Below, in pieces: positions 1 to 10,857 of a DNA stretch of 64,000 bases; the stretch's first letter is position 1; every line of letters begins with the position of its first letter. The DNA comes from Lagierella massiliensis (GTDB lineage: Bacteria; Bacillota; Clostridia; Tissierellales; Peptoniphilaceae): positions 68,423-132,422 of the forward strand of contig JAUNLT010000003.1 in assembly GCA_030532135.1 (NCBI GenBank), given 5' to 3'. The notes under the pieces were generated by a model. It ran no database searches, was not told the origin of the DNA, and was given only the letters and a program-made list of their open reading frames with translations. The translations under genes and the position numbers were made by a program.

Positions 1-119
1 CTTCAGATTTAATGTGTAATATTTCAGGTAATACTGAATACGCCTACAATCGTTTAAATTGCAACTGTTATAACTTACTAAAACTTGCTAATAGATACTG
101 AGTTAAACGATAAATTTCT

Positions 120-167
120 ATTATAATTGCACAGCAAACGCACTGTAAATGCACAGCTTTTGCACAG
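120..167 (-). promoter_or_regulatory. Leftward promoter with four 11-bp-periodic CTGTGCA-like repeats just upstream of a TATAAT -10 box
   Basis: On +: TGCACAG at 128, CGCACTG at 139, TGCACAG at 150 and 161. On -: TATAAT at 125-120. Confidence 0.55.
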
Positions 168-181
168 TTTAAAATAAATTA

Positions 182-203
182 AAGGGGTCGAATTCGACCC
201 CTT
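182..203. terminator. Intrinsic terminator downstream of the GT2 gene
   Basis: Perfect palindrome AAGGGGTCGAATTCGACCCCTT with A/T flanks, 11 bp past the stop. Confidence 0.8.
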
Positions 204-214
204 ATTTTTAATAT

Positions 215-1135
215 CTAATTTTTTTTAAGTGTAACTCTATTAATTATTACAGTTTTCATAAATTTAGCAGCCTCTCTAGTACAAGCTATAGGTGCTTTAG
301 AAAATGCTACAAAAGAATATCCTAAAAATGACAAATACTTTTTATTTCTCTTTGAAGCCACTGCAAGTACTGCATAATGCCTCATATTAATAAACCTAAT
401 TTGTTCATTCGAAAGAATATGAAAATACTCTTTTTTCTTTTCCTGTAGTATTTTTTCTCCCTTTATTTTATTTTTACCTGTAGATATGGCCTCTCCTTTA
501 TGTCTGTAAACCACAACATCATATTCGTCAAAATACCCTATCTTAAATCCATTTTCTATGGCTTTTAGCATAAGGTAAAATTCCTGCCCCATAATAGCGT
601 GGTCAAATCCTCCAATTTGTTTAAGCTTTTCGGCTTTAAACATATAGGTGGGAGTACCTGTCGCATGACGTATTAGATGATATTTTAAAAATTCTTCATT
701 TTCAAAGGACCATATATCGTGATAGTCTCTAATGTCAATAATTGCGCCTTTAGAATTTTTAATTTCCATATTAGAAAAAATTAAATCATAATCATTGTTT
801 TCCATAAAGTTAACTTGTTTTAAAACTTTATCAGGCTTATATTCATCATCATCATCTAAAAAAGTGATATACTCTCCGGTAGATTTAAAAATACCTTTAT
901 TTCTAGCTAAAGCGCCTCCTAAATTCTCCTCATTTTGAATATATATAATTCTTTCGTCTTTTAAAGATTCTATGTATTTTTTTATATTTGCTCTTTTCGA
1001 ATAATTCTTAGGAGAGTCATCTATGATGATTATCTCCAAATTGTCATATGTCTGATTTCGTAAAGATTGTACTGCTCTGGATATATAGGGAACATCCCTT
1101 TTACAAGTAGGCATGATTACAGAAACTCTCTTCAT
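215..1135 (-). CDS. Glycosyltransferase family 2
   Basis: VSVIMPT, EIIIIDD, ARNKG and FLDDDD (DxD) motifs; RBS AAAGGGG. Confidence 0.9.
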   Translation of the reverse strand: MKRVSVIMPTCKRDVPYISRAVQSLRNQTYDNLEIIIIDDSPKNYSKRANIKKYIESLKDERIIYIQNEENLGGALARNKGIFKSTGEYITFLDDDDEYKPDKVLKQVNFMENNDYDLIFSNMEIKNSKGAIIDIRDYHDIWSFENEEFLKYHLIRHATGTPTYMFKAEKLKQIGGFDHAIMGQEFYLMLKAIENGFKIGYFDEYDVVVYRHKGEAISTGKNKIKGEKILQEKKKEYFHILSNEQIRFINMRHYAVLAVASKRNKKYLSFLGYSFVAFSKAPIACTREAAKFMKTVIINRVTLKKN

Positions 1136-1441
1136 AGCTTATCCCCTTTCAAAGTTTAATTATACCAGTTTTGAACAGGTTTTTCCATGAAGATTTAGAG
1201 TTATAGCGTATAAATAAACTTCTAGTTTTAGATTAATCTAGTGGTATAGATAGATTCCTTAAAACTAGTTATATTCTTCTTCTGTACTAAAAAGGTAGTC
1301 GGCAAATAGATATTAAAAACTAGGTCATAAGATTTTAAAACACTTTTAGAAAAGATCTATTAAAAAATAAGGAAAATCTCTTGCTTATACTAATATAAAA
1401 ATTTTAGTAATTTAATTTCATATGCAAAGTTTAAATTTAAA

Positions 1442-1475
1442 AATCGGCATAAAGGTAAATGTCTTCATGCCGATT
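1442..1475 (-). terminator. Probable terminator of the decarboxylase gene
   Basis: AATCGGCAT...ATGCCGATT stem followed by a T-run on the minus strand. Confidence 0.6.
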
Positions 1476-1517
1476 AAATATTTAGAAACAAAATTCCTAA
1501 TTAAAAGCCTATTCCTG

Positions 1518-2945
1518 TTATTTTAAATTTAATGTTTTTATATCTTCTTTTAGTTCTTCAACTACAGTCTTAATATCTTCTTTAGAAAGAAGAGGGTGAA
1601 TTGCACAGAACCTTAAAACTTTCTTTCCTCGAAGTTCTGTAGTATAGTAGATAGACTTATTTCTATCAGTTGCCATTTGTGAAAGTTTTTGGTTTATTTC
1701 ATTTAGTTTTTCATCAGAGTATTTTTCATTGTAATACCTTACGTTAATACAAGATAACATAGCTTCAGAAACTATTTCAAAATAACCTTCTTTTTTGAAC
1801 AACTCTTCAAAGTACTTTGCAGATTCAAAACCAGTATCTACAGCTTTTCTAATGCCTTTTTGCCCTACTCTTTGTAGAGTGTACCAAAGTCTCATTCCCC
1901 TTGCTGGAGATGTAAGTTCTATTCCTATATCCCAGAAATTTACTTTAGAATCTCCTGCAGCAACGTCTGAAAGATATTCAGGATTTGCATTAAAAGTTCT
2001 TGTCATAGCAAGTCTGTCTTTGCAAATTATCGCAGCACAACCATATGTCTGGAACAGCCACTTATGTCCATCCCAACTTACAGAGTCTGAACGTTCTATC
2101 CCACTATATAGGTCTTTATATGAAGATAGTACTCCAGTAGCACCATATGCCCCATCAACATGTAACCACACGTTATATTCTTCAGCTATGTCTGCAAGTT
2201 CATTTAAAGGATCAATAGCACCTGTATTAGTCGTTCCTGCCGTTCCAACTATTAAGAAAGGTATATATCCATCTTCAATATCTTTCTTTATTAGTTCTCT
2301 AAGTACATTAGGCTTTATTTTAAACTTTTCATCTGTTTCAATCTTTCTTATATTGGCTCTTGGAACTCCCATTATATGAAATCCTTTAGCTACTGAAGAA
2401 TGGGTTTGATCTGATATATAAACTGTACCCTTTAATATTTCTTCATCTTTTAACTTTTCATTTCTAGCAATTACAGAAGCAGTTAAATTAGCCATTGATC
2501 CACCTGAAACAAAAAGTCCCCCAAGTTCTTTAACAGAATACCCTATATTTTCTCCCATCCAGTTAAGCATCCACTTTTGTGCAGTTGCAATACCTTCTGA
2601 CAGTACATGTGATCCCCCATACGGAGAATAAATTGAATTTATAACTTCACCTACTACTGATACTGGAGATAGTGCCAAAGGAATAAAAGAGAAGAATTTC
2701 GGATGATGTTGTTGAGTTGAATACTTATAAAGCAAATCATTCATCTGCTTTATAACTTCTTCTGGGTCTCTAGGCTCTTCTCCAAATCCAATATTTTTAA
2801 TTTCTTCCTCTTTGTCTTTAGGAAGCGGATTGTCAATATCCTGTTCTAAAATCTCGGTCTGCTTATCTATTATTTTAGGCACGATATTGGTTATGATTTC
2901 TTTTGCTTCATTCCAATCATATAATATGTTCTTTTCATTTTCCAT
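1518..2945 (-). CDS. Group II PLP-dependent (probably aromatic) amino acid decarboxylase
   Basis: SGGSMAN, HSSV, GTAGTTNTGAID, HVDGAYG and PLP lysine in SWDGHKWLFQTYGC. Confidence 0.88.
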   Translation of the reverse strand: MENEKNILYDWNEAKEIITNIVPKIIDKQTEILEQDIDNPLPKDKEEEIKNIGFGEEPRDPEEVIKQMNDLLYKYSTQQHHPKFFSFIPLALSPVSVVGEVINSIYSPYGGSHVLSEGIATAQKWMLNWMGENIGYSVKELGGLFVSGGSMANLTASVIARNEKLKDEEILKGTVYISDQTHSSVAKGFHIMGVPRANIRKIETDEKFKIKPNVLRELIKKDIEDGYIPFLIVGTAGTTNTGAIDPLNELADIAEEYNVWLHVDGAYGATGVLSSYKDLYSGIERSDSVSWDGHKWLFQTYGCAAIICKDRLAMTRTFNANPEYLSDVAAGDSKVNFWDIGIELTSPARGMRLWYTLQRVGQKGIRKAVDTGFESAKYFEELFKKEGYFEIVSEAMLSCINVRYYNEKYSDEKLNEINQKLSQMATDRNKSIYYTTELRGKKVLRFCAIHPLLSKEDIKTVVEELKEDIKTLNLK

Positions 2946-2989
2946 TTTTTACCTCCCTATAGGATTATAACATTATTTTCAACATAAAA

Positions 2990-3010
2990 AAGAAGAGTTT
3001 TACTCTTCTT
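2990..3010 (-). terminator. Intrinsic terminator of the DUF853 gene
   Basis: AAGAAGAGT-ttt-ACTCTTCTT hairpin at the stop, followed by a T-run on the minus strand. Confidence 0.65.
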
Positions 3011-4526
3011 ATCTTTTTCTTTTAAAAGAACCCAATATTCCCCTTGCCAGTTCACGACCAACAGTTCTTGTAAAAGCACCCCAAATAGAGTTTATTGTCC
3101 TGTCTACATACTTGTATTTCTCTCTTCTTTCCCTTTCCTCTCTCTTCTTAAGCTTCTCTTGTTCTCTCTCAATTCTTTTCTCTTCTTTCAATTTAAGCTC
3201 TTCTTGTTTTATTCTAGCTTTTTCTAAAATAAGTTCTTCTTTTTTTTCATCTTCAACTCTAAATCTTTCAGAAAGAACTTCATAAGCTGACAAATTATCT
3301 AAAGTATCCCTATATTTCAGATAATTATCGGAATTTGAAACAATATAGTCTATATCTTCATCATTCAACGTATCAAACGAACTAAAAGGTGGTCTGATTA
3401 TAACTTTTTCCACTTCAGTAGGTGTGTTTTTCTCATCTAGGGTTTGAATTATAGCTTCTCCTACACTTAAATTTAATATCTCATTGTAAGTGTCTAGACC
3501 TTTGCGTTGCCTTAAAGATTGAGAGATTTCTTTGACAAATTTAACTTCCTTAGGAGAAAAAGCTCTTAACTGATGTATTATCTTTGTTCCCAATTGGGAA
3601 GAAATTTCATCGGGTATGTCCTTAGGATTTTGAGTAATAAAAAATATTCCTACGCCCTTTGACCTTATTAACTTTACAACGGTTGTAATTTTTTCAAGTA
3701 AAATATTTGAAATATTATTAAAAATAAGATGTGCTTCGTCAAAGAAAAAGACCATTACCGGTTTTTCAGGATTTCCAACTTCAGGCAATACTTCAAATAA
3801 CTCTGAAAATAAATATATTAAAAAGGCACTATACAATCTTTTATGATTAATCAACTTAGAACTATTTAATATGTTTATAAATCCATTTCCAAGTTCATCA
3901 ACTTGCAAAAAGTCCTTAATGTCCACTGAAGGCTCTCCAAAAAATTCATTTGCACCTTCCTCTTCTAAAACTAATAATTTTCTTTGAATTGCCGATATGG
4001 AAGCTTGTGAAATATTCCCATATTCTATGGAAATTTCTTTAGAATTTCTTCTTAAAAATTCAAGCATCTTAGTAAGATCTTTAAAATCCATTAAAAGTAG
4101 TCCTTCTTCATCAGCCACTCTAAAAAGCACATTTATAATACCCCTTTGAGTTTCATTTAACTGGAGGATTTCTGATAAAAGTACAGGTCCAAATTCAGAA
4201 ACTGTTACACGAAGAGGCAAACCCTTTTCTTTATATATATCCCAAATATTTATTGGGTAGTTTCTAAACTCAAAATGTTTAAATCCCAGTCTTTGAATCC
4301 TTTTATTTATATTTTCATTGAAAGTTCCGACTTTAGACAGATTGACAAGGTCTCCTTTGACATCACTTATAAATGTAGGAACTCCTATTTGAGAAAGCTC
4401 TTCACATAGGACTTTAACTGTTACAGTTTTTCCACTCCCGGTTGCTCCTGAAATAACTCCATGTTGATTTAACTTGTCTTCTCTAATGCCAAAGGACTCT
4501 ATACCTTTTCCTAAATACAATTTCAT
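3009..4526 (-). CDS. HerA-like ATPase (DUF853/YjgR family)
   Basis: Walker A GATGSGKT, DVKGDL, Walker B FFFDEAH, IRSKGVG, QLRAFSP; C-terminal coiled coil. Confidence 0.88.
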   Translation of the reverse strand: MKLYLGKGIESFGIREDKLNQHGVISGATGSGKTVTVKVLCEELSQIGVPTFISDVKGDLVNLSKVGTFNENINKRIQRLGFKHFEFRNYPINIWDIYKEKGLPLRVTVSEFGPVLLSEILQLNETQRGIINVLFRVADEEGLLLMDFKDLTKMLEFLRRNSKEISIEYGNISQASISAIQRKLLVLEEEGANEFFGEPSVDIKDFLQVDELGNGFINILNSSKLINHKRLYSAFLIYLFSELFEVLPEVGNPEKPVMVFFFDEAHLIFNNISNILLEKITTVVKLIRSKGVGIFFITQNPKDIPDEISSQLGTKIIHQLRAFSPKEVKFVKEISQSLRQRKGLDTYNEILNLSVGEAIIQTLDEKNTPTEVEKVIIRPPFSSFDTLNDEDIDYIVSNSDNYLKYRDTLDNLSAYEVLSERFRVEDEKKEELILEKARIKQEELKLKEEKRIEREQEKLKKREERERREKYKYVDRTINSIWGAFTRTVGRELARGILGSFKRKR

Positions 4527-4582
4527 ATCCTCCTATCAATATTATAAAAATATTATATCATCTATACCCTGTTATTAAATAA

Positions 4583-4612
4583 AAAAAGACCCTAAACATA
4601 TTAGGGTCCTTT
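4583..4612 (-). terminator. Terminator of the opp operon
   Basis: GACCCTAA/TTAGGGTC stem plus T-run just past the oppA stop. Confidence 0.75.
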
Positions 4613-4618
4613 TAAAGA

Positions 4619-6445
4619 CTATTTTTCTAATGGTTTTTCAGAAGTAAGTTCCCAATCTCCTGGATCTGTTAAAACTTCACCATTACCATAACCAGCATCA
4701 AAGTTTTTAACACGGTTATTAAGAATTACCCAATCAGTTCTCCATTGTAGAGGAATAGCTGGACATTCTTCAAATACAGCTTTTTGGAAATCTTTATAAG
4801 CTTGAGCCATAAATTCAGGATCAGCTGCTTCTGCACTTGAAATTCTGTCTATAGGTTCTTGTAATGTGTCAGAAGTATATCTTGACATATTAAACGCTGC
4901 ACTATTTCCATAAGTTTCTTTAGGGTTAGGGTTAGTTCCAACTCCCCAAGCTGCAGCAAACACGTCTATTTCAGGGTCTTCTGCTTCTACCTTATCATAG
5001 AATGAGTTAAATTCCATTAAGTTTCCTGTTGCAAGTTGAGACTTAAGACCTATTTTTTCCCAACATTGTAGATAGTATTGAGAAAGTGGCTCTTGAGTGT
5101 CTCCACCTGCCATCATAGCTAGGTTAATTACTAGAGGTTCTCCCTTTGGATCTTCTCTAAATCCGTCACCGTCAACGTCTTTATATCCTGCTTCATCAAG
5201 TAATTCCATTGCCTTGTCAGGATCATATACATATCCTTCTATACTATCATCGTAGAATTCAGTAAATATAGGAAGTATAACTGATTTAGCTAATTGATTA
5301 TGTCCTTTGTAGAATTTTTCAGCTACAGCATTTTGATCCAAAGCGTAACCAAGTGCTTTTCTCAAGTTTACATTTGCCATCTTCTTATTAGGATCAGGTG
5401 TTATAGTACCTTCGTCTTGATCATAATGTCCTAGAGCAAATCCTAAATAACTGTAGTAGAAATCTCCTTTACCTACCATCTTATATCCTGGAATTTCCAT
5501 TAATTCGTCTACAGATTTTGAAGGAACTGATGAAATCATGTCATACTTATGAGCCTTCATAGCTGAAACGATATTTGAACTTGGAACAACTTCCATATTT
5601 ATCTTCTCAATCTTAGGTTTTCCTTTGTAATAATGTTCATTAGCTGAAAGTTCTACCTTTTGACCTTGAACGTAGTTTGAAATGTAGTAAGGTCCTGCAG
5701 AAAGAGGTCTAATACGAATTTCGTCAGATTCTTCTAACTCTCCAATAGGTATATCTTTTAAATAGTGATAAGGTGACAAGTCCACACGAATTCCTGAACC
5801 CCAGTGAGTTGCAGGAGTTAGTTCTGTGTATTGTACAACAACTGTATGATCATCAGGAGTAGTTATACCTTCAATCTTGTCAGTTGTTCCTTCATGATAC
5901 TCCTTCATTCCAACGATTCTTTCGTCTTCTGATTTGTCATAACGAACTCCTGTGTAATCAGGGTGTCCAACTATATAGTATGGATAAGCAAGGTCCATAG
6001 CTGTTACTGGAGTACCATCATTCCATGTTAAATCAGGATTTAATTTGAAAGTTACTTTATTTCCCTCTTCATCATAGTTTATTTCAACTTTGTCTGAAGA
6101 TATTAGACGGAAACTGTCATCTGAACCATATAAGTTTCCACCTTGATACATACCTATAACAACATAGTCATTTGAGTCAGTATATAAAGATACATCAAAA
6201 ATACCTTTAATAGGTGAGTCTGAAACTATACCATATTCAAGTGTACCGCCTTCAATGGCTTCTCCGTCATTTTCAACAAGTTGTGATTTTGCATCCCAAG
6301 TAATTTCTGATTTCTTACTAGATACAGCATCAGTTGAACCGCTGTTTCCTGAATCGGTAGAATCACTTCCGCCGCTAGGTTTACATGCTGTCAAAGTCAA
6401 GCCTAGTGCAAGACCAACAGCTAAAATACGAGCAAATTTTTTCAT
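4619..6445 (-). CDS. oppA: Oligopeptide ABC transporter substrate-binding lipoprotein
   Basis: Lipobox LTAC; SBP family 5 motifs WNDGTPVTA and GPY; operon context. Confidence 0.92.
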   Translation of the reverse strand: MKKFARILAVGLALGLTLTACKPSGGSDSTDSGNSGSTDAVSSKKSEITWDAKSQLVENDGEAIEGGTLEYGIVSDSPIKGIFDVSLYTDSNDYVVIGMYQGGNLYGSDDSFRLISSDKVEINYDEEGNKVTFKLNPDLTWNDGTPVTAMDLAYPYYIVGHPDYTGVRYDKSEDERIVGMKEYHEGTTDKIEGITTPDDHTVVVQYTELTPATHWGSGIRVDLSPYHYLKDIPIGELEESDEIRIRPLSAGPYYISNYVQGQKVELSANEHYYKGKPKIEKINMEVVPSSNIVSAMKAHKYDMISSVPSKSVDELMEIPGYKMVGKGDFYYSYLGFALGHYDQDEGTITPDPNKKMANVNLRKALGYALDQNAVAEKFYKGHNQLAKSVILPIFTEFYDDSIEGYVYDPDKAMELLDEAGYKDVDGDGFREDPKGEPLVINLAMMAGGDTQEPLSQYYLQCWEKIGLKSQLATGNLMEFNSFYDKVEAEDPEIDVFAAAWGVGTNPNPKETYGNSAAFNMSRYTSDTLQEPIDRISSAEAADPEFMAQAYKDFQKAVFEECPAIPLQWRTDWVILNNRVKNFDAGYGNGEVLTDPGDWELTSEKPLEK

Positions 6446-6499
6446 GTCTACACTCCTTCTTTATAATATTTTTAACATGCTAAGCATGAAAAATAACTT

Positions 6500-7414
6500 T
6501 TATACCCTTCTTTGCTTTGCATCAGACGCTCTTCTCAAAGCTTGTCCAACATAGTTTATAGATAGGGTAAATACTAATACCAATAGTACTGCTGGAACCC
6601 AAATATAAAGCTTATCCGCTATAACTTCAGGATCTCTTGCATATGCAATTAATGTTCCTAAAGATGGTTGTGATGGTGGAAGCCCAAAACCTAGGAAAGT
6701 AAGTCCTGTTTCAATTCCTATATTTGCTGCCAATGCCAAAGTACTATCTACTATTATAATTGAGCTAATATTTGGAAGTATCTCTCCAAACATTATCTTT
6801 ATTGGGGAGGTCCCCATTGTCTTAGAAGCACTTATATAGTCTTTTCTACCCTCTGAAAGAGACTTGGATCTTACAAGTCTTGCTATACCCGTCCAGTAAA
6901 AAGCTGACATTATAAGCACAAACTTCCATTTATTATATCGGGGAATTATCGTTACAAGTACAATTATAATCATGGTAACAGGAAGTACTTGTAAAAAGTC
7001 TATAATCCTCATGATTACATTGTCCACAACTCCACCATAATAACCTATTATAAGTCCGACTGTTACACCAATTGCCGTTGTTAAAAGAGTTACTAAAACA
7101 CCTATTTGAACCGAGTTATACGCTCCCAGTATCAATTGTCCTAGCAAATCTCTTCCACCCTTGTCAGCTCCCATTATATAACCTGCTTCTCCAGGTCTTG
7201 CATAAGAGTTAAATATATCTACAGTCATTACCTCTTTAACATCTAAAAAGAAAGAAGCAATGATTATTCCAAGTATCAAGATACATAGTATAAAAAATGA
7301 TATAAGAGCAAACTTGTCGTTAACAACTTCGTTTACAATTACTTTAAAACCCATTGGTTTTTCAGATTTTTGTATATCCTTATTTAATCCTTTATTTTTC
7401 TTTTTTAACGCCAT
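6500..7414 (-). CDS. oppC: Oligopeptide ABC permease
   Basis: GADKGGRD, EAA-like loop, PSLG motif, hydrophobic helices. Confidence 0.92.
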   Translation of the reverse strand: MALKKKNKGLNKDIQKSEKPMGFKVIVNEVVNDKFALISFFILCILILGIIIASFFLDVKEVMTVDIFNSYARPGEAGYIMGADKGGRDLLGQLILGAYNSVQIGVLVTLLTTAIGVTVGLIIGYYGGVVDNVIMRIIDFLQVLPVTMIIIVLVTIIPRYNKWKFVLIMSAFYWTGIARLVRSKSLSEGRKDYISASKTMGTSPIKIMFGEILPNISSIIIVDSTLALAANIGIETGLTFLGFGLPPSQPSLGTLIAYARDPEVIADKLYIWVPAVLLVLVFTLSINYVGQALRRASDAKQRRV

Positions 7415-7426
7415 TTACATAACCCC

Positions 7427-8386
7427 CTAGTCTATTCTTATTCTAGGGTCAACTATAGTCATAATGATGTCAGATAGTAATGAACCTAATAGTGTTAATA
7501 ATCCATAAAGTAAAACCAATGTAGTAATTACCGAATAGTCTCTTGACGATATACTATCAATGAAAAGCGAACCCATACCTGGATATGCAAATACAGTTTC
7601 AATCATTACTGATCCACCAAGTAGACCTGTTATTTGAAATCCGAAAAAGGCAGCTATTGGAAGTAGAGAATTTCTAAAAATGTGATGAGTATACACCTTT
7701 TTAGTTGGAACTCCCTTTGCCCTTGCAGTTCTTACATAGTCTTGAGTCTTTGCATCAATAATTTCGTTTCTCAAATACTGTACAGTACCAGTAGTAGCAA
7801 TCAAGCCATAGGATAAAGCTGGTAATAACATATGATAAATTCTAGAAGCTATATAGGAAAGTCCCCCTGAAGCTCCTATAGAAACTGTACCTCCTGTTGG
7901 AAACCACTTTAACCTGTAACCAAATATTAATAAAGTGACCAAGTACATTACAAATCCCGGAATTGAAAGGGTTAGGAAATTATATAGGTTTATTGCCTGA
8001 TCCAGCCGCGATCCGTTATACCTGCCTGCCAGTATTCCAAGGGGTAAAGATATAGCATACATGATAAGCATAGATAAAAGTGCTAGCCAAAAAGTATTTT
8101 TAGCTCTTTCTCCTATAACTCTATTTACTGGCATCTTCATGGTATATGATTTACCAAAATCACCTTTCATTGCATTTTTCAGCCATCTAGTATATTGCAC
8201 TGGTATAGGATCATTAAGTCCCGCTTTTTCCCTCAACTCCTCAAGTCTTTCTTTAGGAGTATTAGGATCTATCATTCCTGTAAAAGGATCCCCAGGCATA
8301 AACTTTGCTAGTACAAAGACAAATATTGATAATATCAACAGCTGAGGTATCATAATTAAAACTCTACGCAATACTGTTTTCCACAT
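7427..8386 (-). CDS. oppB: Oligopeptide ABC permease (start re-assigned to MWKTVLRR)
   Basis: MPGDP, DYVRTARAKG, HIFRNS; RBS GGAGG before ATG at 8386. Confidence 0.92.
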   Translation of the reverse strand: MWKTVLRRVLIMIPQLLILSIFVFVLAKFMPGDPFTGMIDPNTPKERLEELREKAGLNDPIPVQYTRWLKNAMKGDFGKSYTMKMPVNRVIGERAKNTFWLALLSMLIMYAISLPLGILAGRYNGSRLDQAINLYNFLTLSIPGFVMYLVTLLIFGYRLKWFPTGGTVSIGASGGLSYIASRIYHMLLPALSYGLIATTGTVQYLRNEIIDAKTQDYVRTARAKGVPTKKVYTHHIFRNSLLPIAAFFGFQITGLLGGSVMIETVFAYPGMGSLFIDSISSRDYSVITTLVLLYGLLTLLGSLLSDIIMTIVDPRIRID

Positions 8387-8387
8387 T

Positions 8388-9332
8388 TTACAATACCTCC
8401 TTATTTTTAATTGCAGCGTAGTGATTATCTCCAACGGAAACTAAATCGTAAACTCTTCCATCGGGGGAATAAAATTCACCTTTTTCTTCGTTATATAAAT
8501 TGTCAACTTCAACCCTATTTTGTCTAACTTCTTTCCTAATATTAGGATTTACTTGAGGAATTGCAGCTATAAGTCTTTTCGTGTAAATGTGAATAGGCTC
8601 ATTATAAATTTCGTCCCTATTTCCCTTCTCTACAAACCTACCTCTGTGCATGATGTAAATGTAATCACACATGTGTTTAACGACTCCAAGGTCGTGGGAA
8701 ATGAAGAGATAAGCAAGTCCAAAAGCTTCTTGTATATTTTTCATATAGTTCAAAACCTGTGCCTGAACTGATAAATCAAGTGCTGAAACAGGTTCATCAG
8801 CTATTATAAGTTTTGGCTTTAATGCAACTGCCCTTGCAACTCCTATTCTTTGTCTTTGACCTCCTGAAAATTCATGAGGATATTTATACAGTGCATCATG
8901 GGGCATCCCAACAATGTCAAGAAGTTCTAAAACTCTATTTTTTCTTTCATCGGGAGTTAAAGTTTTTTCAAAGTTATCAAGTGGTTCTGCAATTATATCT
9001 AAGACCCTTCTCTTAGGATCTAATGATGATGCAGAGTCTTGAAAAATCATTTGCACATCTTTATTAAAACCTATACTTTTTCTAATTCTCTTATTTGAAA
9101 CATCTTCTCCATTATATAAAATGCTTCCCTCTGTGATTTTTTCAAGACCTACAATAGTTTTACCAATAGTAGACTTTCCACTACCACTTTCTCCAATTAG
9201 TCCATAGGTTTTCCCTGGTTCTATATTTAAGTTAACTCCATCAACAGCTCTAACATAATCCTTAATTGTGTTGAAAAATCCTCCCCGTATTGGATAGTGT
9301 ATTTTAAGGTCCTTAATTTCTAAAAAACTCAT
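8388..9332 (-). CDS. oppF: Oligopeptide ABC ATPase
   Basis: GESGSGKS, YPHEFSGGQRQR, DEPVSALD. Confidence 0.93.
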   Translation of the reverse strand: MSFLEIKDLKIHYPIRGGFFNTIKDYVRAVDGVNLNIEPGKTYGLIGESGSGKSTIGKTIVGLEKITEGSILYNGEDVSNKRIRKSIGFNKDVQMIFQDSASSLDPKRRVLDIIAEPLDNFEKTLTPDERKNRVLELLDIVGMPHDALYKYPHEFSGGQRQRIGVARAVALKPKLIIADEPVSALDLSVQAQVLNYMKNIQEAFGLAYLFISHDLGVVKHMCDYIYIMHRGRFVEKGNRDEIYNEPIHIYTKRLIAAIPQVNPNIRKEVRQNRVEVDNLYNEEKGEFYSPDGRVYDLVSVGDNHYAAIKNKEVL

Positions 9333-10330
9333 TACTTCACCTCTTCTTCAAAGTAGAAATTCTTATAACAAGTACATCTTACAAAGTGACCTTCTGAAAC
9401 TTCATGCAGTTTTGGATTTTCTTCGTGAGCTTCATCTGGAATCCAAGGTATTCTAGGAGAAAACCTACAACCTGTCTTAGGCATATTCTTAAGAGATGGA
9501 ACCATCCCCTGTATCACGTGAAGGTCTTCGCCGACAAAATCATCTTGAGGTACTGAATTTAAAAGAGATCTAGTGTATGGGTGAAGAGGATTGTTAAATA
9601 GCTCTTCAACCTGTGCAAGCTCTACAATCTGTCCCGCATACATAACAGCTACCCTATCTGCAGTTTGAGCTACAACTCCTAAGTCATGAGTAATTAAAAT
9701 AATTCCAGCGTTGATTTTTTTTCTCAACTTCGCAATAAGATCTAGGATTTGAGCCTGTATAGTTACATCAAGTGCAGTGGTAGGTTCGTCTGCTATTAAA
9801 ACATTTGGACTACATGAAAGTGCAATGGCAATGATTACACGTTGTCTCATTCCACCTGAAAGTTCGTGTGGAAATTGTCTATAGCACCTCTCTGGATTTT
9901 CAATCCCTACTTGGTCTAAAAGTTCAATTGCCTTTTTCTTTCTAGCTTCCTTATCCAGTTTAGTATGATAAATAAGCGCCTCTTCTATTTGTTCCCCAAT
10001 CCTATGAAGTGGATTTAGAGAAGCTAGAGGGTCTTGAAATATCATTCCAATCTCTCCACCACGGATTTCTGTAAATTGTTTTTCATCAAAATTTAGAATA
10101 TTCTCATTATTATAGATTACTTCTCCACTAACTTTCGTATATACCATGTTGTGAAGCCCCATAATAGTTGTGGCAATTGTCGACTTACCACACCCAGATT
10201 CACCTACAATAGCAAGAACTTCATCAGAATAAAGGTCTAAATTAACCCCGTCTACCGCATCATAGTATTCACCATCGATACGAAAGGCAGTGTGTAGATC
10301 CTTTATTTCCAATAGTTTTGTTTTCTCCAT
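9332..10330 (-). CDS. oppD: Oligopeptide ABC ATPase
   Basis: [34 protein letters not shown]. Confidence 0.93.
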   Translation of the reverse strand: MEKTKLLEIKDLHTAFRIDGEYYDAVDGVNLDLYSDEVLAIVGESGCGKSTIATTIMGLHNMVYTKVSGEVIYNNENILNFDEKQFTEIRGGEIGMIFQDPLASLNPLHRIGEQIEEALIYHTKLDKEARKKKAIELLDQVGIENPERCYRQFPHELSGGMRQRVIIAIALSCSPNVLIADEPTTALDVTIQAQILDLIAKLRKKINAGIILITHDLGVVAQTADRVAVMYAGQIVELAQVEELFNNPLHPYTRSLLNSVPQDDFVGEDLHVIQGMVPSLKNMPKTGCRFSPRIPWIPDEAHEENPKLHEVSEGHFVRCTCYKNFYFEEEVK

Positions 10331-10857
10331 ATTTTCTCCATTCTAATAAAATATCGGTTATAAATACTTATATACTCTGCATTTAACTTTTTAGATTTTA
10401 TCCCAATTCTTTCAAATAAACTTAACTTTTTTCTTCAAAAAACTTTAAATAAACGTTAATTTTTTTGTAAAATTATACATTAATAATTAAAAAATTATAT
10501 AGGATACTTTTATCACAAAATTATCCTAACACTTTAATATATTTTACTTATGATACCATAAATCATTAACGTGTGGCAAATTATTATTAACCATTTTAAA
10601 GTCTTAACTTGATTAATATTGGATTTATCAGTATTAGTAATCATAAATTAAATTAAAAAAGTTTTAAAATTTACTCCTTAAAAAATAAAAAATCAGAGCA
10701 ATTCTACTTGTAATTTAAAATTCATTTGTTCTCAACTGAAAATTTTAAGAAAAAATGAATATCATCTTAAGATTATTAACAATTTTTGTATATTTATCAC
10801 AATTAAACTATAGTATCATAACTCTCGTCCTATCTTTACAGGATATATACAATATAT

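Noticed and set aside
1222-1268. Nested inverted repeat upstream of the GT2 gene
   Set aside because: Short AT-rich stems, plausible by chance, with no RNA family signature
1795-2379. 194-aa plus-strand ORF and the many similar ORFs antisense to opp, MATE, ecf, rpoBC, fhs and typA
   Set aside because: They lie wholly inside well-supported genes on the opposite strand, with Ser-rich shadow composition and no RBS
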